From Octopus sinensis (Eukaryota), in contig NC_043007.1 of the NCBI RefSeq assembly GCF_006345805.1, forward strand, positions 23,498,001 through 23,562,000: DNA of 64,000 bases. The letters are read 5' to 3'. Positions 13,451-26,691 of the stretch are shown piece after piece. The position numbers and the translations under genes were made by a program. Within the stretch, counting starts at the first letter, position 1. Each line of letters begins with the position of its first letter. The notes under the pieces are model-generated. The model did not search any database, was not told the DNA's origin, and saw nothing but the letters and a program-made list of their open reading frames with translations.

Positions 13451-13815
13451 TCCAATACGACTACCACTACTTCGATACAATTACCACGACTCCAATACGA
13501 CTACCACTACTTCAATACAATTACCACGATTCCAATACAACCACCACGACTCCAATACAACTACCACGACTCCAATACAATTACCACGACTTCGATACAA
13601 TTACCACGACTCCAATACAACATACCACTACTTCAATACAATTACCACGACTTCAATACAACTACCACGACTCCAATACAACTACCACGACTCCAATACA
13701 ACCACTACGACTCCAATAAAATTACCACGACTCCAATACAACTACCACTACTTCGATACAACCCTCACGACTCCAGTACATCCTATACAACCACCACGAC
13801 TCTTATACAACCACT
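13451..13815. repeat. 20-bp minisatellite, consensus ACTACCACGACTCCAATACA, about 18 copies
   Basis: Exact 20-nt periodicity is visible, e.g. 13681-13740. Confidence 0.9.
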
Positions 13816-14299
13816 ACGAACTAAGACAGCCACTACGACTCAGGCTAAGCATTCTACCCTAACATCTATTTTAATTCTTTGGATTCAATATTGCTTTCAA
13901 ATTTTAGCACAAGGCCAGCATTTTCAGGGAAAGGGGAAGTCGATTACTTCGACACCAGTACTCAACTGATACTTCTTTTTTCAGCCCGGAAAGGATGAAA
14001 GGCAAAGTCGATCTCGGCTGAGTTTGAACTCAGAACGTAAAAACGGACGAGATACCGCTAAGCATTTTGCCCGGCCTGCTAACGATTCTGCCAGCTTGCG
14101 GCTTTCTTTTGTTTTAATATAAATATCATTGTATGAGCTAGGGTTAGTTTTCTTAAAGGATTTAGTAATGTTACTAAAGAAGAACTGAAGAACTACAACG
14201 ACTACACATCTGAAATCACACCACACGATTTACGGCCGCTGCTACCATCATATTACTAAGGCAATAATACAGCCATTAACTCACGATTATAACAACTAC

Positions 14300-14770
14300 A
14301 ATTTTTCTTCTTTTCCACATAAATTGGAGTTTCATCCTATATAAGAAATCATCATAGTCATCATAGACAACATCTACATCAAGCTCGTTGCCATCGTTAT
14401 TATTATCCTCATCACCGAAGTCATCGTCGTCATCGTTGTCATTGTGAATCTTCTTTACCATTATCATCAACATCAACATCATCATCATCCTCATCATCAT
14501 CATCATCGTTCTTATCCACATCTTCTTGTGAGAACTGTAATTATTTTCGTGTTTTCAAACCGATATGAAATTTGAGTGGCTCGGTCGTAAATCAAGTTTC
14601 TATCTTACAAAACCACCTACAACCCACCGTTGCCACCATCACAAACAATATCACGTCATCACTACCATCATCACCATCTCCATCTTCATCACTACCATCA
14701 TCATCACCATTATCATCGCTACTACCAAAATCACCATCACAATCATCATCACCATCATCAAACATTCTCA
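14300..14770. repeat. Degenerate (CAT/CAC/TCA)n trinucleotide tract
   Basis: Low-complexity sequence that generates the poly-I/H/D/M pseudo-ORFs. Confidence 0.85.
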
Positions 14771-15427
14771 TTGCCACTATATTTGTTCACCAACAACAAA
14801 CGAAGGAACTTTTACGTGGTCGTTCAAAATGCTGGAAATATCTAGCAGATCTCTCTCAAATCCCACTGTACGATCTTTAAAAAGAAAGAACAAGAAGGCC
14901 CCAAAGTCGTCACTCTATAAGCTAGAAATAACAATCAAATTACCTAAGACCACATTCCTACAGCCTGAAAAGAGAACATCTTAATTATAAAAGATGTGGG
15001 GATGGTCATGACTAGAATGTCACTGGTCATTGGTGTGCTTCATTAGAACTAACCTAGGGCTAAAGAACAACAGCTGCTGCTATTTTATGTCCTCTACACA
15101 TACCAGTAATTCTACCACAACGCCATCACTACCGTTACCATCACCACTTCAACCACCAGCGAAAACAAAAGCAAGCATTTGCCTGGTTCCTCAACAGCTA
15201 GAAATAGAAGTCAAACCTCACTGAAATCACATCCCTACTGTCTTTTAAGACAGCAGGTTGTGATTTAGTAAGTTGTTGTAGTTCTAGATAATGATATGCC
15301 TGAAAAAGATGGGACGGTCGATGCTGGATTGCTTTTTATCGTATGCGTGCTTAACTTGAGGGTCATACAACAACAACAAGAGAAACACCATGCGCCACGC
15401 CCATCAATACACGCTAGTCTGGATCAG

Positions 15428-15793
15428 TGGAGGCGCAATGGCCCAGTGGTTAGGGCAGCGGACTCGCGGTCGTAGGATCGTGGTTTCGATTCCTAGACCG
15501 GGCATTGTGAGTGTTTATTGAGCGAAAACACCTAAAGAGTTCCACGAAGCTCCGGCAGGGTGTGGTGGCGAACCCTGCTGTACTCTTTCACCACAACTTC
15601 CCCTCACTCCATCTTCCTGTTTCTGTTGTACCTGTATTTCGAAGGGCCAGCCTTGTCACAGTCTGTGTCACACTGAATCACCCCCGAGAACACGTGTCCG
15701 TGGAGTGATCAGCCACTTGCACGTTAATTTCACGAGCAGGCTGTTCCGTTGATCGGATCAACTGGAACCCTCGTCGTCGAAACCGACGGAGTG
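15428..15793 (+). mobile_element. SINE family C with tail ...gatcggatcaactggaaccctcgtcgtcg..accgacggagtg
   Basis: tRNA-like A/B boxes. The tail is shared with family E copies at 45367 and 51128. Confidence 0.85.
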
Positions 15794-16533
15794 ATCGCTC
15801 GACTTGCTCGAAATAATAGACAAATATCTCTTAAATCGCACCCTTTAACGTCTTGAAAGATAAAAGGAGACTAGTGTTAGTTATACTAAGTAGTAGGGAC
15901 AGTAGAGATTTAGCGAGAATATTGTCAGCTGAAAGATTGAGTTCATGGCTAGAACGCCTTTCATTAAAGATTTACTCCATCGGGGTTGACCTGGAGCTAA
16001 AATTCCAACGACTCTGATTAATATGTACCTCATTTCTCTCAGTTCATCCACTTCGCAGCCTCTTTCGGCATAACCACAAGACAGAGGAATACTACCTGTT
16101 GATAGTAGAGCATAATTGGCTGCTATCTCTAGCAGATCGAGCATCTATGTACAGACTAGGCTCCGTCGTTAAGTCATTGTTGCCTGAGTTGAGACCGTTA
16201 TTGCAATTGTTTCATTGAAAGTCTTGGCTGTTAAAAGAGGTTTTGTTTGGTTGTCATAAAGTTTAATCTCTACTCCATCTGATATACGATCTGTTATGCG
16301 ATTTTACGAAACAATCCACCCACCCGCTTGTATTCTCTCTCCCTGTCTCTCCCCTCACTCTCCGCATCTCGTTCTCCATCTTTTTACACCCCTCTCTTCT
16401 CTCTCTCTCTCGCTCTCTGACTTTCTCTCACCCTCTCTCTCCTTCTTTCACTCCTACTCTACTCCTCCTACGCTCTCTCTCTCACACACATAACATGCAT
16501 ATGGATACGTTATATCAATATTTATATCTGTTA

Positions 16534-16601
<68 letters not shown>

Positions 16602-16917
16602 AATATATATATATACACAACATAATATATTCATATACATATAGAGAGAGGGTGAGGGGAGGAGAAAGAGAGAGAGAGATCTCGAATCCGGTTTCACTCT
16701 ATTCCATTTTTCTCGTACCTCTTCTCTTGTATTTCTGCGTGTACAAGTGTACATCAGTGTACGTATCTGTGTAACGCAGGTGCGTGTGAATGCGTGAGTG
16801 TGCGCGCTCGCGCGTCATCATAAATCAAAAATATGTATATCTGTGTTCGAGAAACGTGTGTATCTCGAACATTTTATACAAGTACATACCGACGTACAAA
16901 CGACGCACATAAGACTA

Positions 16918-16984
<67 letters not shown>

Positions 16985-18235
16985 CACATATATATCAAAC
17001 ATTTGCATGGCATATTTAAAGATTATTCCCGCCACCGATGTCTCTAATTACAATTTTACTGCCGAACCTCGTGGTACTTGGTCATTAATATTCAGACAAG
17101 AAGGAGCAACTCTTCAAACAAGATCTTCCTTTGCGACCACCTCACTCACACTGCCACCTCTGCCACCACCACCCCACCCCACCACCCACATGAACCTGTC
17201 ACCACTACCACCACTACCTCTACCATCAATACGCTGACCACCATAAGTAGCAACAACGCCATTCTAATCCATTGTTACCAGCCAGAAAACATACTTTTGC
17301 TCACCAAGCCATACTTGGTTTTACTTCTTCCGTTACATTTGTAATTTCTGACATTTGGTATATTATTTCTCTTTATCACAGGTTTTGTTGGAGCTCCTAG
17401 GGTCTTACATGCGTAGCGGGCTTGCTACATGCAGCCTACGGTACCATGTTATCCCTTCTTTTCAGCTATCTAATACTTTCTTGATTATTCTGGTCGTGCC
17501 AAGGAGGCAAGCCTTTTGTAACACTTCTACTGAGCACTCCATTCCAATTTACCTTTATATTCCCTTTCATGCCTTCTGATACTATTCCCAAGGACCCAAC
17601 GATAATTGACACTAGCTTCACCTTCTTCATTTTCCATAGCAGGGTTATTTCGTACTTAAGAGAGTTGTATTTAGATTATAAGAGGTAATGGTGTCATTGA
17701 GACCCAAAGGTGTCAGGTAATGCTGAATAAGTGCTATAGATAGACCATAGTTAAGTTGCAGGTTCGGTGATTTTGCGAATAAGGGGTTCAGCGTTAGTCA
17801 TATGTCAGCTTGTGTATATAAGAATTTATCTATCTTTTTGCCTTCCTTCTTAACTATCTGTGGGTCAAAGGGGCATGCAACATCAACTATATAGCATATG
17901 TAAACAAATGTAAACACAAACACATATTAGGTGCAAGAATGATTGTCTGGTTTACTTCCCAACCATATCAACTACTGCGTGGTACCTTGGGCAAGTGTTT
18001 CCTACTATAGCCCTAGGCCAACTACAGACTTGGGACTGAATTTGGGTAGACGGAAACTGCAGTGTTGTTCATCAGAAAATGACCGAAAAACGTGTTTATA
18101 AAGAAGAGTTGTTTGCTTCATACTCCTCGTGTGCTGATTCTGCCCATAAGAAAGGAACAAATAATACAATGTATATATATAGGTCATAACACACGGGCAA
18201 CGCCGGGGTGCATTGCTAGTATGTATGTATAATAT

Positions 18236-18290
<55 letters not shown>

Positions 18291-18420
18291 CTGGTCGCAT
18301 TGTTTTAGCCTTTGAATGACGCCACCCCGCTGGCTAAGCGAGCAGGCCAACAGAAGAAAGAGTGAGAGAAAGTTGCGGCGAAAGAGTACAGCAGGGATCG
18401 CCACCACCCACCTTCTGTGT

Positions 18421-18684
18421 ATTAGCGCGCGTCTACGATGAGTCTACGATATTAAAAAAATTTACCTTCATTTTTTTTCCATTTTAATGCATTTTTTGAT
18501 ATTATATAAGGGAAGTAACTCTCTAAAAATGTCTACGATGAGTCAACGATTTAAAAAAAAATTTACCATCATTTTTTTTCCATTTTTAATGCATTTTTTG
18601 CTATTTTTTGGCTATAACTCTCTAAAAATGCTTATATAGTTATTTCCCTTACAAACCCGAGCAACGCCGGGCGATACTGCTAGT
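18421..18684 (-). mobile_element. Partial non-autonomous Helitron-like element
   Basis: Reverse complement of the 5' two thirds of 33926-34327. A related 5' end also lies at 18193-18220. Confidence 0.6.
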
Positions 18685-19253
18685 CATATAATTAAAAAAA
18701 TATCTGACATATTAATAAAAATCTGTAAATATAAAACCATCCAGATTTCTGAGTACCTTATTCCTTCTAATATATAATACATGTACATCACCTGCAAACC
18801 TTCTAATATATATATTTAAAATCATATGAACTATAATTGCTCAACCAGCAGGAAATTACGACCTCTCATAGAAACACAACAGTCTGGAACTTTTAGTTCA
18901 GACTTCGCTAGCAGACTATGCAGCGCTAAGGTATAGACAGCTTCGTTTAACATATCCATTTATTCGATGGTACTGATACGCAAAGGGCATCTGGAAGTTT
19001 TCAGTCTTTACCGTTGTTGGTTTTTGTTTTGCTTTGTTTGTTAGTTTTTTTTTCTTTGTGTTTAGTTTTTAGTTTTTTTCCTGATTCTTATCGTCACTTA
19101 GGTTACCTCAGCCATACGATGTTTTCCACTCATTATGTGGCTGATATGTTGTAAATACATTTTATAATTTTAAATCTAATGAAAAATGGCTGGATGAGGG
19201 AAAAGGTTCAAATAATAAAAAACGATGATAATAATGAGAAAGAAAAAGGTTGA

Positions 19254-19692
19254 AAGGCGCAGGAGTGGCTGTGTGGTAAGTAGCTTGTTTACCAACAACA
19301 TAGTTCCGGGTTCAGTCCCACTGCGTGGCATCTTGAGCAAGTGTCTTCTACTATAGCCTCGGGCCGACCAAAGCCTTGTGAGTGGATTTGGTAGACGGAA
19401 ACTGAAAGAAGCCCGTCGTATATATGTATATATATATTTATATATATATGTGTGTGTGTATGTGTGTGTGTATGCGTGTATGTTTGTATGTCTGTGTTTG
19501 TGCCCCCAACATCGCTTGACAACCGATGCTGGTGTGTTTATGTCCCCGTCACTTAGCGGTTCAGCAAAAGAGACCGATAGAATAAGCACTGGGCTTACAA
19601 AGAATAAGTCCCGGGTCGAGTTGCTCGATTAAAGGCGGTGCTCCAGCATGGCCGCAGTCAAATGACTGAAACAAGTAAAAGAGTAAAAGAGT
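19254..19692 (+). mobile_element. SINE family B, full length
   Basis: Head ggcgcaggagtggctgtgtggtaag...gggttcagtccc, CORE-like ttgagcaagtgtcttc segment, internal (TA)(TG)n and simple-repeat tail (gagtaaaa)n. Confidence 0.88.
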
Positions 19693-21060
19693 ATTGCTTT
19701 AAAGAAAATATGGTGGCGGTGACGATGACAATGATGATGGTGACGACGACGAGCAGGAGGATCTAATCGTAGGCGGCTTCGCTCACTATTAAATACTATT
19801 GGTTCGCTCTGTTTTATTTAGTGGAATATAATTTTTTTTTTTTAACATTTGACAAACTAACATGGACGAAGAAAATCACAAAGTACCTCTTTCCCGAAAT
19901 AGCATTGTTGACCGGAAGTGAACTCTGCCACTAGGTATGCTTCTATCTGACCAACTCTGTTCATAATTAATACTGCGGAAGTGCTTTTTTAATAGATGTA
20001 GCATTTTGAAAGTTGTGTCCTCGTTACTGACCAGACAATTGATTGATATAAAAGTACACACATACTCTCCAAACTAGCTTTCACTAAACACTCCAGCTTA
20101 TGCAGGAAATGGCGTGAATTGTTCTCAGTTAACTGTTGTTGTAATGACTAAGCTCTTTCGTATTACGCGTTGGGCACTTATTTCGAAAAAGGTGGGTGGA
20201 TAGTTTATCGATTGTCTCCAGCTTATTAATGGTATTTAATTAACAAACCAATGACGGAGGCCTCAACGTGATTGATTGGCGTGCAATAAAGAGCAGCTAA
20301 ATGTCCCTCAAATTCTCAAATTACTCCCGACTGTCTTACAAAGGAAGTATTTTCTCTCTTTTACTTGTTTAATTCATTGGGCTGCGGCCATGTTAGGGCA
20401 ACACCTTGAAGTGTTTTACTCGAATAAATTACCCCAGAACTTTTCTTTTATTTTTTTAAGTTTGGTCTATCGGTCCCTTTTGCCTTTCTTAAAAAGATGG
20501 ACAAGTCAAGGGAGATTTGATTTGTATTTCTAGCACGTTAAGCAAACACAGGTTTTACTGTTGGCTAGAGAGATCCGAAATTTGTTATGAAATTGTTATG
20601 AAGCTGTTCTTGTTAAGTTACAGGGATGTAAACAAACCAGCTACTGTTGTCAAGTTGTAGAGGCAAACACAGAGACATACATTCTGATAAATGTATACGT
20701 ACATACATATTCGACCGGTTTCTTTCAGTTTCTGTGTGCTAAATTTTCTCACGAGGTTTTGGCCGGCTCGGGGTTAAAGTATAAGACATTTGCCTGAAGT
20801 GTCACACAGTGGGACTGAACCCGAAACCGAGTGGTTGGGCAATAAACATTTTACAACACAACCATGCTTACAAAGAAGCATATATTATGTCTTTTAAAAA
20901 GTTGACTTGGTGGTCATGAATAGAACGCCTTTAATCTCATTTATACTCAACAACAACAGCAGCTGATATTTATTTGGCGGACTATGAAACATCTCTCTTT
21001 ATGAGAGTCGAATTCCGAATTACTTAACAGCAAATTATAAACCTCTAATATATCCCAATT

Positions 21061-21520
21061 CACATGCTTAAGGAGAATACTGGACATCAAATGGCTGTCC
21101 AAAATGACACAATTGAGACGACAATAGGAACATCAACAGGAACAAGAACGAAATAAGACACGGGCGCTTGAACTGGGTCGGACACATCTTCAGATAAGAC
21201 CGAGAAAGCGATTGCATGGTGGTACTAAAGTGGCAGCCTGAGTGGGGAAAAAAGACTAGAACAATTGCAGAAAATAGAGCTGGTTGGAGAGATCGTGTTG
21301 CGGCCTTATGTGTCTCATGGCATATCCCTGTACTAAAGTGGCAGCCTGAGTGAGGAAAAGAGCAGCAAGGCGCCCTAAAACCCCTTGGCGACATTGACAA
21401 GGAAAGAAGATACGAAGGGCGGAGAAACTGGAATGAAACTAGAACAATCGCAGAAAACAGAGCTGGTTAGAGAGATCGTGTTGCAGCCTAATGTGTCTCA
21501 TGGCACGGAGAGAACTAGCT
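21061..21520 (+). mobile_element. RTE-clade LINE 3' end, internally rearranged
   Basis: CLRRILDIKW...IRHGRLNWVGHIFR...LKWQPE translation, with two segments duplicated. Confidence 0.8.
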
Positions 21521-23314
21521 AAACCACTAACATGTTTGGTTTCAAATTTTGGCGCAATGCCAGCACATGCGGAGGGGAGGTAAGTGGATTACATCGAACA
21601 CAAGTGCTCGACTGGTACTTATTTTATCGGTCCCGAAATGATGAAAGACAAAGTCGATGTCAGCGGAATTTGAATTCAGAACGTAAAGACGGACGAAATG
21701 CCGCTAAACATTTTGTCCGGCGTGTTAACGATTCTACCAGCTCTCCGCTTTCTAACTGACTTATATATATTATAACAACCTAATCTCGTTCACAACATCT
21801 CCATTAACCAAAGATATCGTTTTTCAAACCTTTGGCACTTATTTACGTATAAAATTATGAACTCGATGACTGAGATATCTATACCAATTTATCAAAGTGA
21901 GGATTGGCGTATTTGATGTAGCTAGCCAAAATATTTTAATTAATTAATTGAATGTGGAATGCAGTAGGAAACGGGTGTTAAAATTCCTTGGCTTACTACA
22001 TCAGATATCTTAGCTCCTATTAATTTTTCATGCAGGAAACGTATCTTTGGCCAGTCATTACAGTGGAAGCCGCATATAATAATCACGGATAATGTTATAA
22101 GCCAATTATTGCCATGAAAATTAGTGGGTTCTAAATTTTCTGCCCAATCACTCATATGTCAATAAAGAGTGAAAGCTGTTTCTAGTAGTGTCGGATTATG
22201 TTATCAATCGGTTATTGTTATCAAGATGGGTACATTACAAATTATTTGCTTAATGTCATCAGCTGATTATCATTATCAAAAAGCTTTGTCCCCAAAGTGA
22301 TTACATTCAGCGGTTTTCATTGTATATGTACCCGAAGCAAGGCATTGGCTGACATGTTAAAAATTTGGTATAAAAAAAAAGAGTGGATTTTAAAAAGTGT
22401 GTTAAATTGTGGCTATTTACTCAATATTTGAAAGTAATAGCGCATAACTCGGTAGGTGATTGTAGGTCACCTGAAAATTTTGTTCCCATGAAATATATCT
22501 AGTGTAAGGTTATGACAACGGCTACATTTCACTGAAAGATCAGTTAATTTCGTTAGCATCGCATGCTAACGAAATATCGATTTATAAGGGCTCAAAGACA
22601 CTTCAAGTAAGGCCATCCTGTCCTTTTAACAAGATATCTTGGATTGCATTATCCGGTATGTCCTCTCTTTCTTAAGACGATGGATATGTCAAGGGAGATT
22701 TGATTTGTATTTCTAGCACGTTAAGCAAACACAGGTTTCTCCGTTGGCTAGAGGGATCTGAAATTTGTTATGAAATTGTTATGAAGCTGTTATTGTTAAG
22801 TTTTGTGTGACTTGTAGACGAATAGAATTTTCAGTTTTGCTGTAGGAGAACTGAAGTTTTACTATATAATGAAAGCAAACGAACTCGTTTGGGTTGTTTC
22901 GTTTCAGCTTTAGTTCTGATCGAGACTTACGCTATATATTTTTCCAGACATTCGTCCACTAGAACTATATCCTCCAAAATATTGTTTTTTTTTCTTTCTT
23001 ATTTTAATTTTCTTTTTAAGATGAAAGGATGCAATTTTATGAAGATTTAGCTTTTATGTTTAGCAGATCAAGCGATAATATAAAGTTGCCTTGAAACTGA
23101 TTAATATAGCTTGTAAGGTGAGTTGGGTCATGTGTATAACCACTTGGTATGCAGAAGCCATGGCTTTGCTTGTGAGTACAATCATTGTTATGACCTGAAA
23201 ATTCAGGCTGGCTGTTGGGTAAATAAACATACTAGTACATCCTGTGAGTGGTTTGACGGTGAGAAAAAGCTTTATTACATGCTGTAAGTTACTTAAAGGT
23301 AATGGTTGCTTCTG

Positions 23315-23545
23315 CGACGAGCTGGCAGAAACGTTAGCACGCCGGGCGAAATGCTTAGCGGTATTTTGTCTGCCACTACGTTCTGAGTTCAAATTCCGCC
23401 GAGGTCGACTTTGCCTTTCATCCTTTCGGGGTCGATTAAATAAGTACCAGTTACGCACTGAGGTCGACGTAATCGACTTAATCCGTTTGTCTGTCCTTGT
23501 TTGTCCCTTCTGTGTTTAGCCCCGTGTGGGTAGTAAAGAAATAGG
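23315..23545 (+). mobile_element. SINE family A monomer
   Basis: Full head, core and tail. Confidence 0.85.
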
Positions 23546-25062
23546 TAATGGCTGCTTCTCTCTCCTCCATATTCGTCCGTTCGAGTGACGAGGACCATCT
23601 AGTCATTCTTAAGGATGACTGATGACTTGCGTGGTGACTTTGTTTAAAGTGAAGAATTTCGCGCAGTCAGCTTTATTCTCTCCTCCGTGACCATCTTTAA
23701 TCCGGTAGCATCTTTGACCATCTTTAATCCGGTCAAAACGTCTTGGGATGGAGACGGATGCAGTAAATGACCAAGATGTCTTACTCGTTTCATTTTGCTC
23801 TCTGCACTCCACTGTGCATAGTTGCAACCACCATTCCTGAGGCCAAAACATGAAGATTTCTTCTGCCGAGTCTGCCGGAGCCCACTCTTCACATGCATAG
23901 GTAGGCGAACCCTCTTCCACTATAAACTACACGAAAGATAAATCCCTCTGGAAGGAAGCATCAAAGCGTTTACTCAGACACATGACAAACAAGGTTTTCT
24001 GAAATATTTATAGCTCAGTACGCTCTCATGTCGGATGTTTAAGGTGGAGAAAGGAATTTTTATTAGATACATTTATACAGTGTGAAAGTTGCTGAAATGT
24101 TAAAATTTCGATAATATACAGAGATATCAACAGTTTAATCTCTTGTATTTGTTGCAGAAATATATTAAGCCATTCTGTTTTCCTCATCATGATGAAATGG
24201 AGGCCATCCTCCTCCGATTACAATCACCGCCCAACATTTCGTTCTACTTAACAATTTATATGAATATATAACTATCTACATTAATTACCTTCAACAGGTT
24301 GTTTTCTTTCTTTTTCCCCTTTCATACACATACACATGCACACACACACACACGCACACACACACACACACACACACATGCCTTACCTATGCTACACACT
24401 GAATTGCACACACGCACATGTACACATACATACACTCACACACAAACACACACACACGCGCACATGTACACGTACATACATACACACACAGAGGCACACA
24501 GGCAACACACACACACACACACACATTTCACCTATGCTAGATAATGAGTCACACACACGCGCATGTACACGTTCACACAAACAAACATACACTCACACAC
24601 AAACACGTATACACACACACACACATACATACACTGCTAATTTCACTAACCGAAAATACACACATACCCAAAAATATATGCTCATACATACACACGTACT
24701 CTCACGCATAACGCATACGCACACTCATACATACATACTCGCCATTAAAAACTACACTTGGCTCTCACGCTTCAGGTTAGTCAGAGGTTGAACATGTGAA
24801 CTTAACCCACGTGTATTACTTTCCCAGCCCTCTTCTCTCTTTTCTTCTCTCCTCTTCGCTACTCTTTGTCTCTCCCTGGATATTCCTGTAGTGTCTGACA
24901 AAGGACTATACCCGAAACGTTAAACTTTACCCTATAGCTTTCCTTTTTTGTATAAACTAGGAACGCGTCAACAAGGAATGTCACATGAAATTTCGTTGTT
25001 GTTTTTATATTCAATTTTGTTTTTATATTTCATTTGTGATAAATGTTTATCTATATATATAT

Positions 25063-25254
25063 ATATTCTGTTGTGTCTGGGGAGAGTCATTCTCTTTTAG
25101 TGCCTTATTATTTAACACACTCACCGGTAAAATTTCCACTTAAATCTTATTTTTAGAAAATAAAAAATAAGAAATAAGTGGAAATTTTACCAGTGAGTGT
25201 GTTAAATAATAAGGCACTAAAAGAGAATGACTCTCCCCAGACACAACAGAATAT
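25063..25254. repeat. 79-bp inverted repeat (fold-back of a dispersed element end)
   Basis: 25063-25141 is the reverse complement of 25176-25254 with one mismatch. Related single-orientation sequence lies at 37978-38066. Confidence 0.92.
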
Positions 25255-25308
25255 GCTTCAACACACGAACTCATATAAAGAATCTTGCAAACCAAATCCA
25301 AAAACGAA

Positions 25309-25361
<53 letters not shown>

Positions 25362-25404
25362 TGTGTGTGTGTGTGTGTATGTACACAAATATATATCTTG
25401 TCAT

Positions 25405-25591
<187 letters not shown>

Positions 25592-26034
25592 CTAGAACTG
25601 CTTCTATCTCAAATTTAAATATACATACATATATTGTATATACATGGATGTGTATGTACATATATATGTGTGCGTGTGTGTTTGTGTGTGGGCGCGCGCG
25701 TGCGTGTATGTGTGTGTACGTGTCTGTGTGTGTATAAAACAGAATTAATAGTGAGGGATTATCTATCCGGACAAAATACTTCATAAGCTCTCTGTTGGCA
25801 CAGCAGGCTAACAATATTGCTTAGATTAATGAAGAAGTCCCAGTATTCTTATCGCGAGGTCGTAGTTTATGGCTCATCGCAATTCTTTATTGTAAATCCG
25901 TGCTGCCCTACAGTTAAACTGGTTTTTACACAGAGAGTGATATATAAGACAAGGCATAAATAATGGTCATAATGGCCAAGTAAAATATGTAATGGCCATT
26001 ATTAATATCTTGTCTTATATATATATATTATATG

Positions 26035-26065
<31 letters not shown>

Positions 26066-26073
26066 TGTGTGTT

Positions 26074-26173
26074 NNNNNNNNNNNNNNNNNNNNNNNNNNN
26101 NNNNNNNNNNNNNNNNNNNNNNNNNNNNNNNNNNNNNNNNNNNNNNNNNNNNNNNNNNNNNNNNNNNNNNNNN
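26074..26173. other. Assembly gap (100 N)
   Basis: A run of exactly 100 N, a conventional placeholder for a gap of unknown size, flanked by (TG)n. Confidence 0.99.
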
Positions 26174-26239
26174 TCCCAATAAATTTGTTGAATGCCCGTC
26201 TTTGGTTTGTCCACTCATTTGTATATATACACGCACGCG

Positions 26240-26268
26240 CGAAGATAGAGGTACAGACAGCAGACAGC

Positions 26269-26366
<98 letters not shown>

Positions 26367-26550
26367 GTAGATAGATAGATAGATATTTGCATTACATGTG
26401 CACATATATATATAAATGCAAATATATGTGCATATATACAAACATGCATGCATACATACAATCATACATACATACATACATACATACATACATACATACA
26501 TACATACATACATACATACATACATACGTATGTACGTACGTACATACATA
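26240..26550. repeat. Compound (ACAG)n(ATAG)n...(CATA)n microsatellite
   Basis: Direct reading. It ends about 50 nt before the first visible exon. Confidence 0.95.
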
Positions 26551-26603
26551 CGAAGGTACATACACTACAGTCTTCATTCGTTTTTTTCTGTTTGATCTTC
26601 CAG

Positions 26604-26691
26604 ATCCTGATGTACACCAACAATGTGTTTGAACTTGAGTCAAATGAAAACATAACACGACATCGTGACTGTGTAAAGAGACTGGCAGCTG
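26604..26691 (+). CDS. Gyc88E: Gyc88E-like atypical soluble guanylyl cyclase, first visible exon (PAS/HNOBA region), ILMYTNNVFELESNENITRHRDCVKRLAA
   Basis: Acceptor tttgatcttccag, donor G|GTATGT, phase 0 to 1. ILMYTNNVFEL matches the ILNRTNNIFEL-type motif of the Gyc88E PAS domain (from recalled family sequence). Frame joins the next exon. Confidence 0.88.

Noticed and set aside
13415-13969. 184-aa mucin-like T/P/Q ORF
   Set aside because: Product of the 20-bp minisatellite; it runs into a SINE and has no splice or homology support.
16040-16220. MYRLGSVVKSLLPEL, superficially like the PAS IGNSL..ILPEL segment
   Set aside because: No preceding FPF motif, a stop follows, and there is no usable phase-0 donor.
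21940-22155. Minus-strand KLIGAKISDVV and plus-strand RIFGQSLQ, resembling PAS pieces
   Set aside because: Wrong strand or interrupted by stops; the similarity is at chance level.
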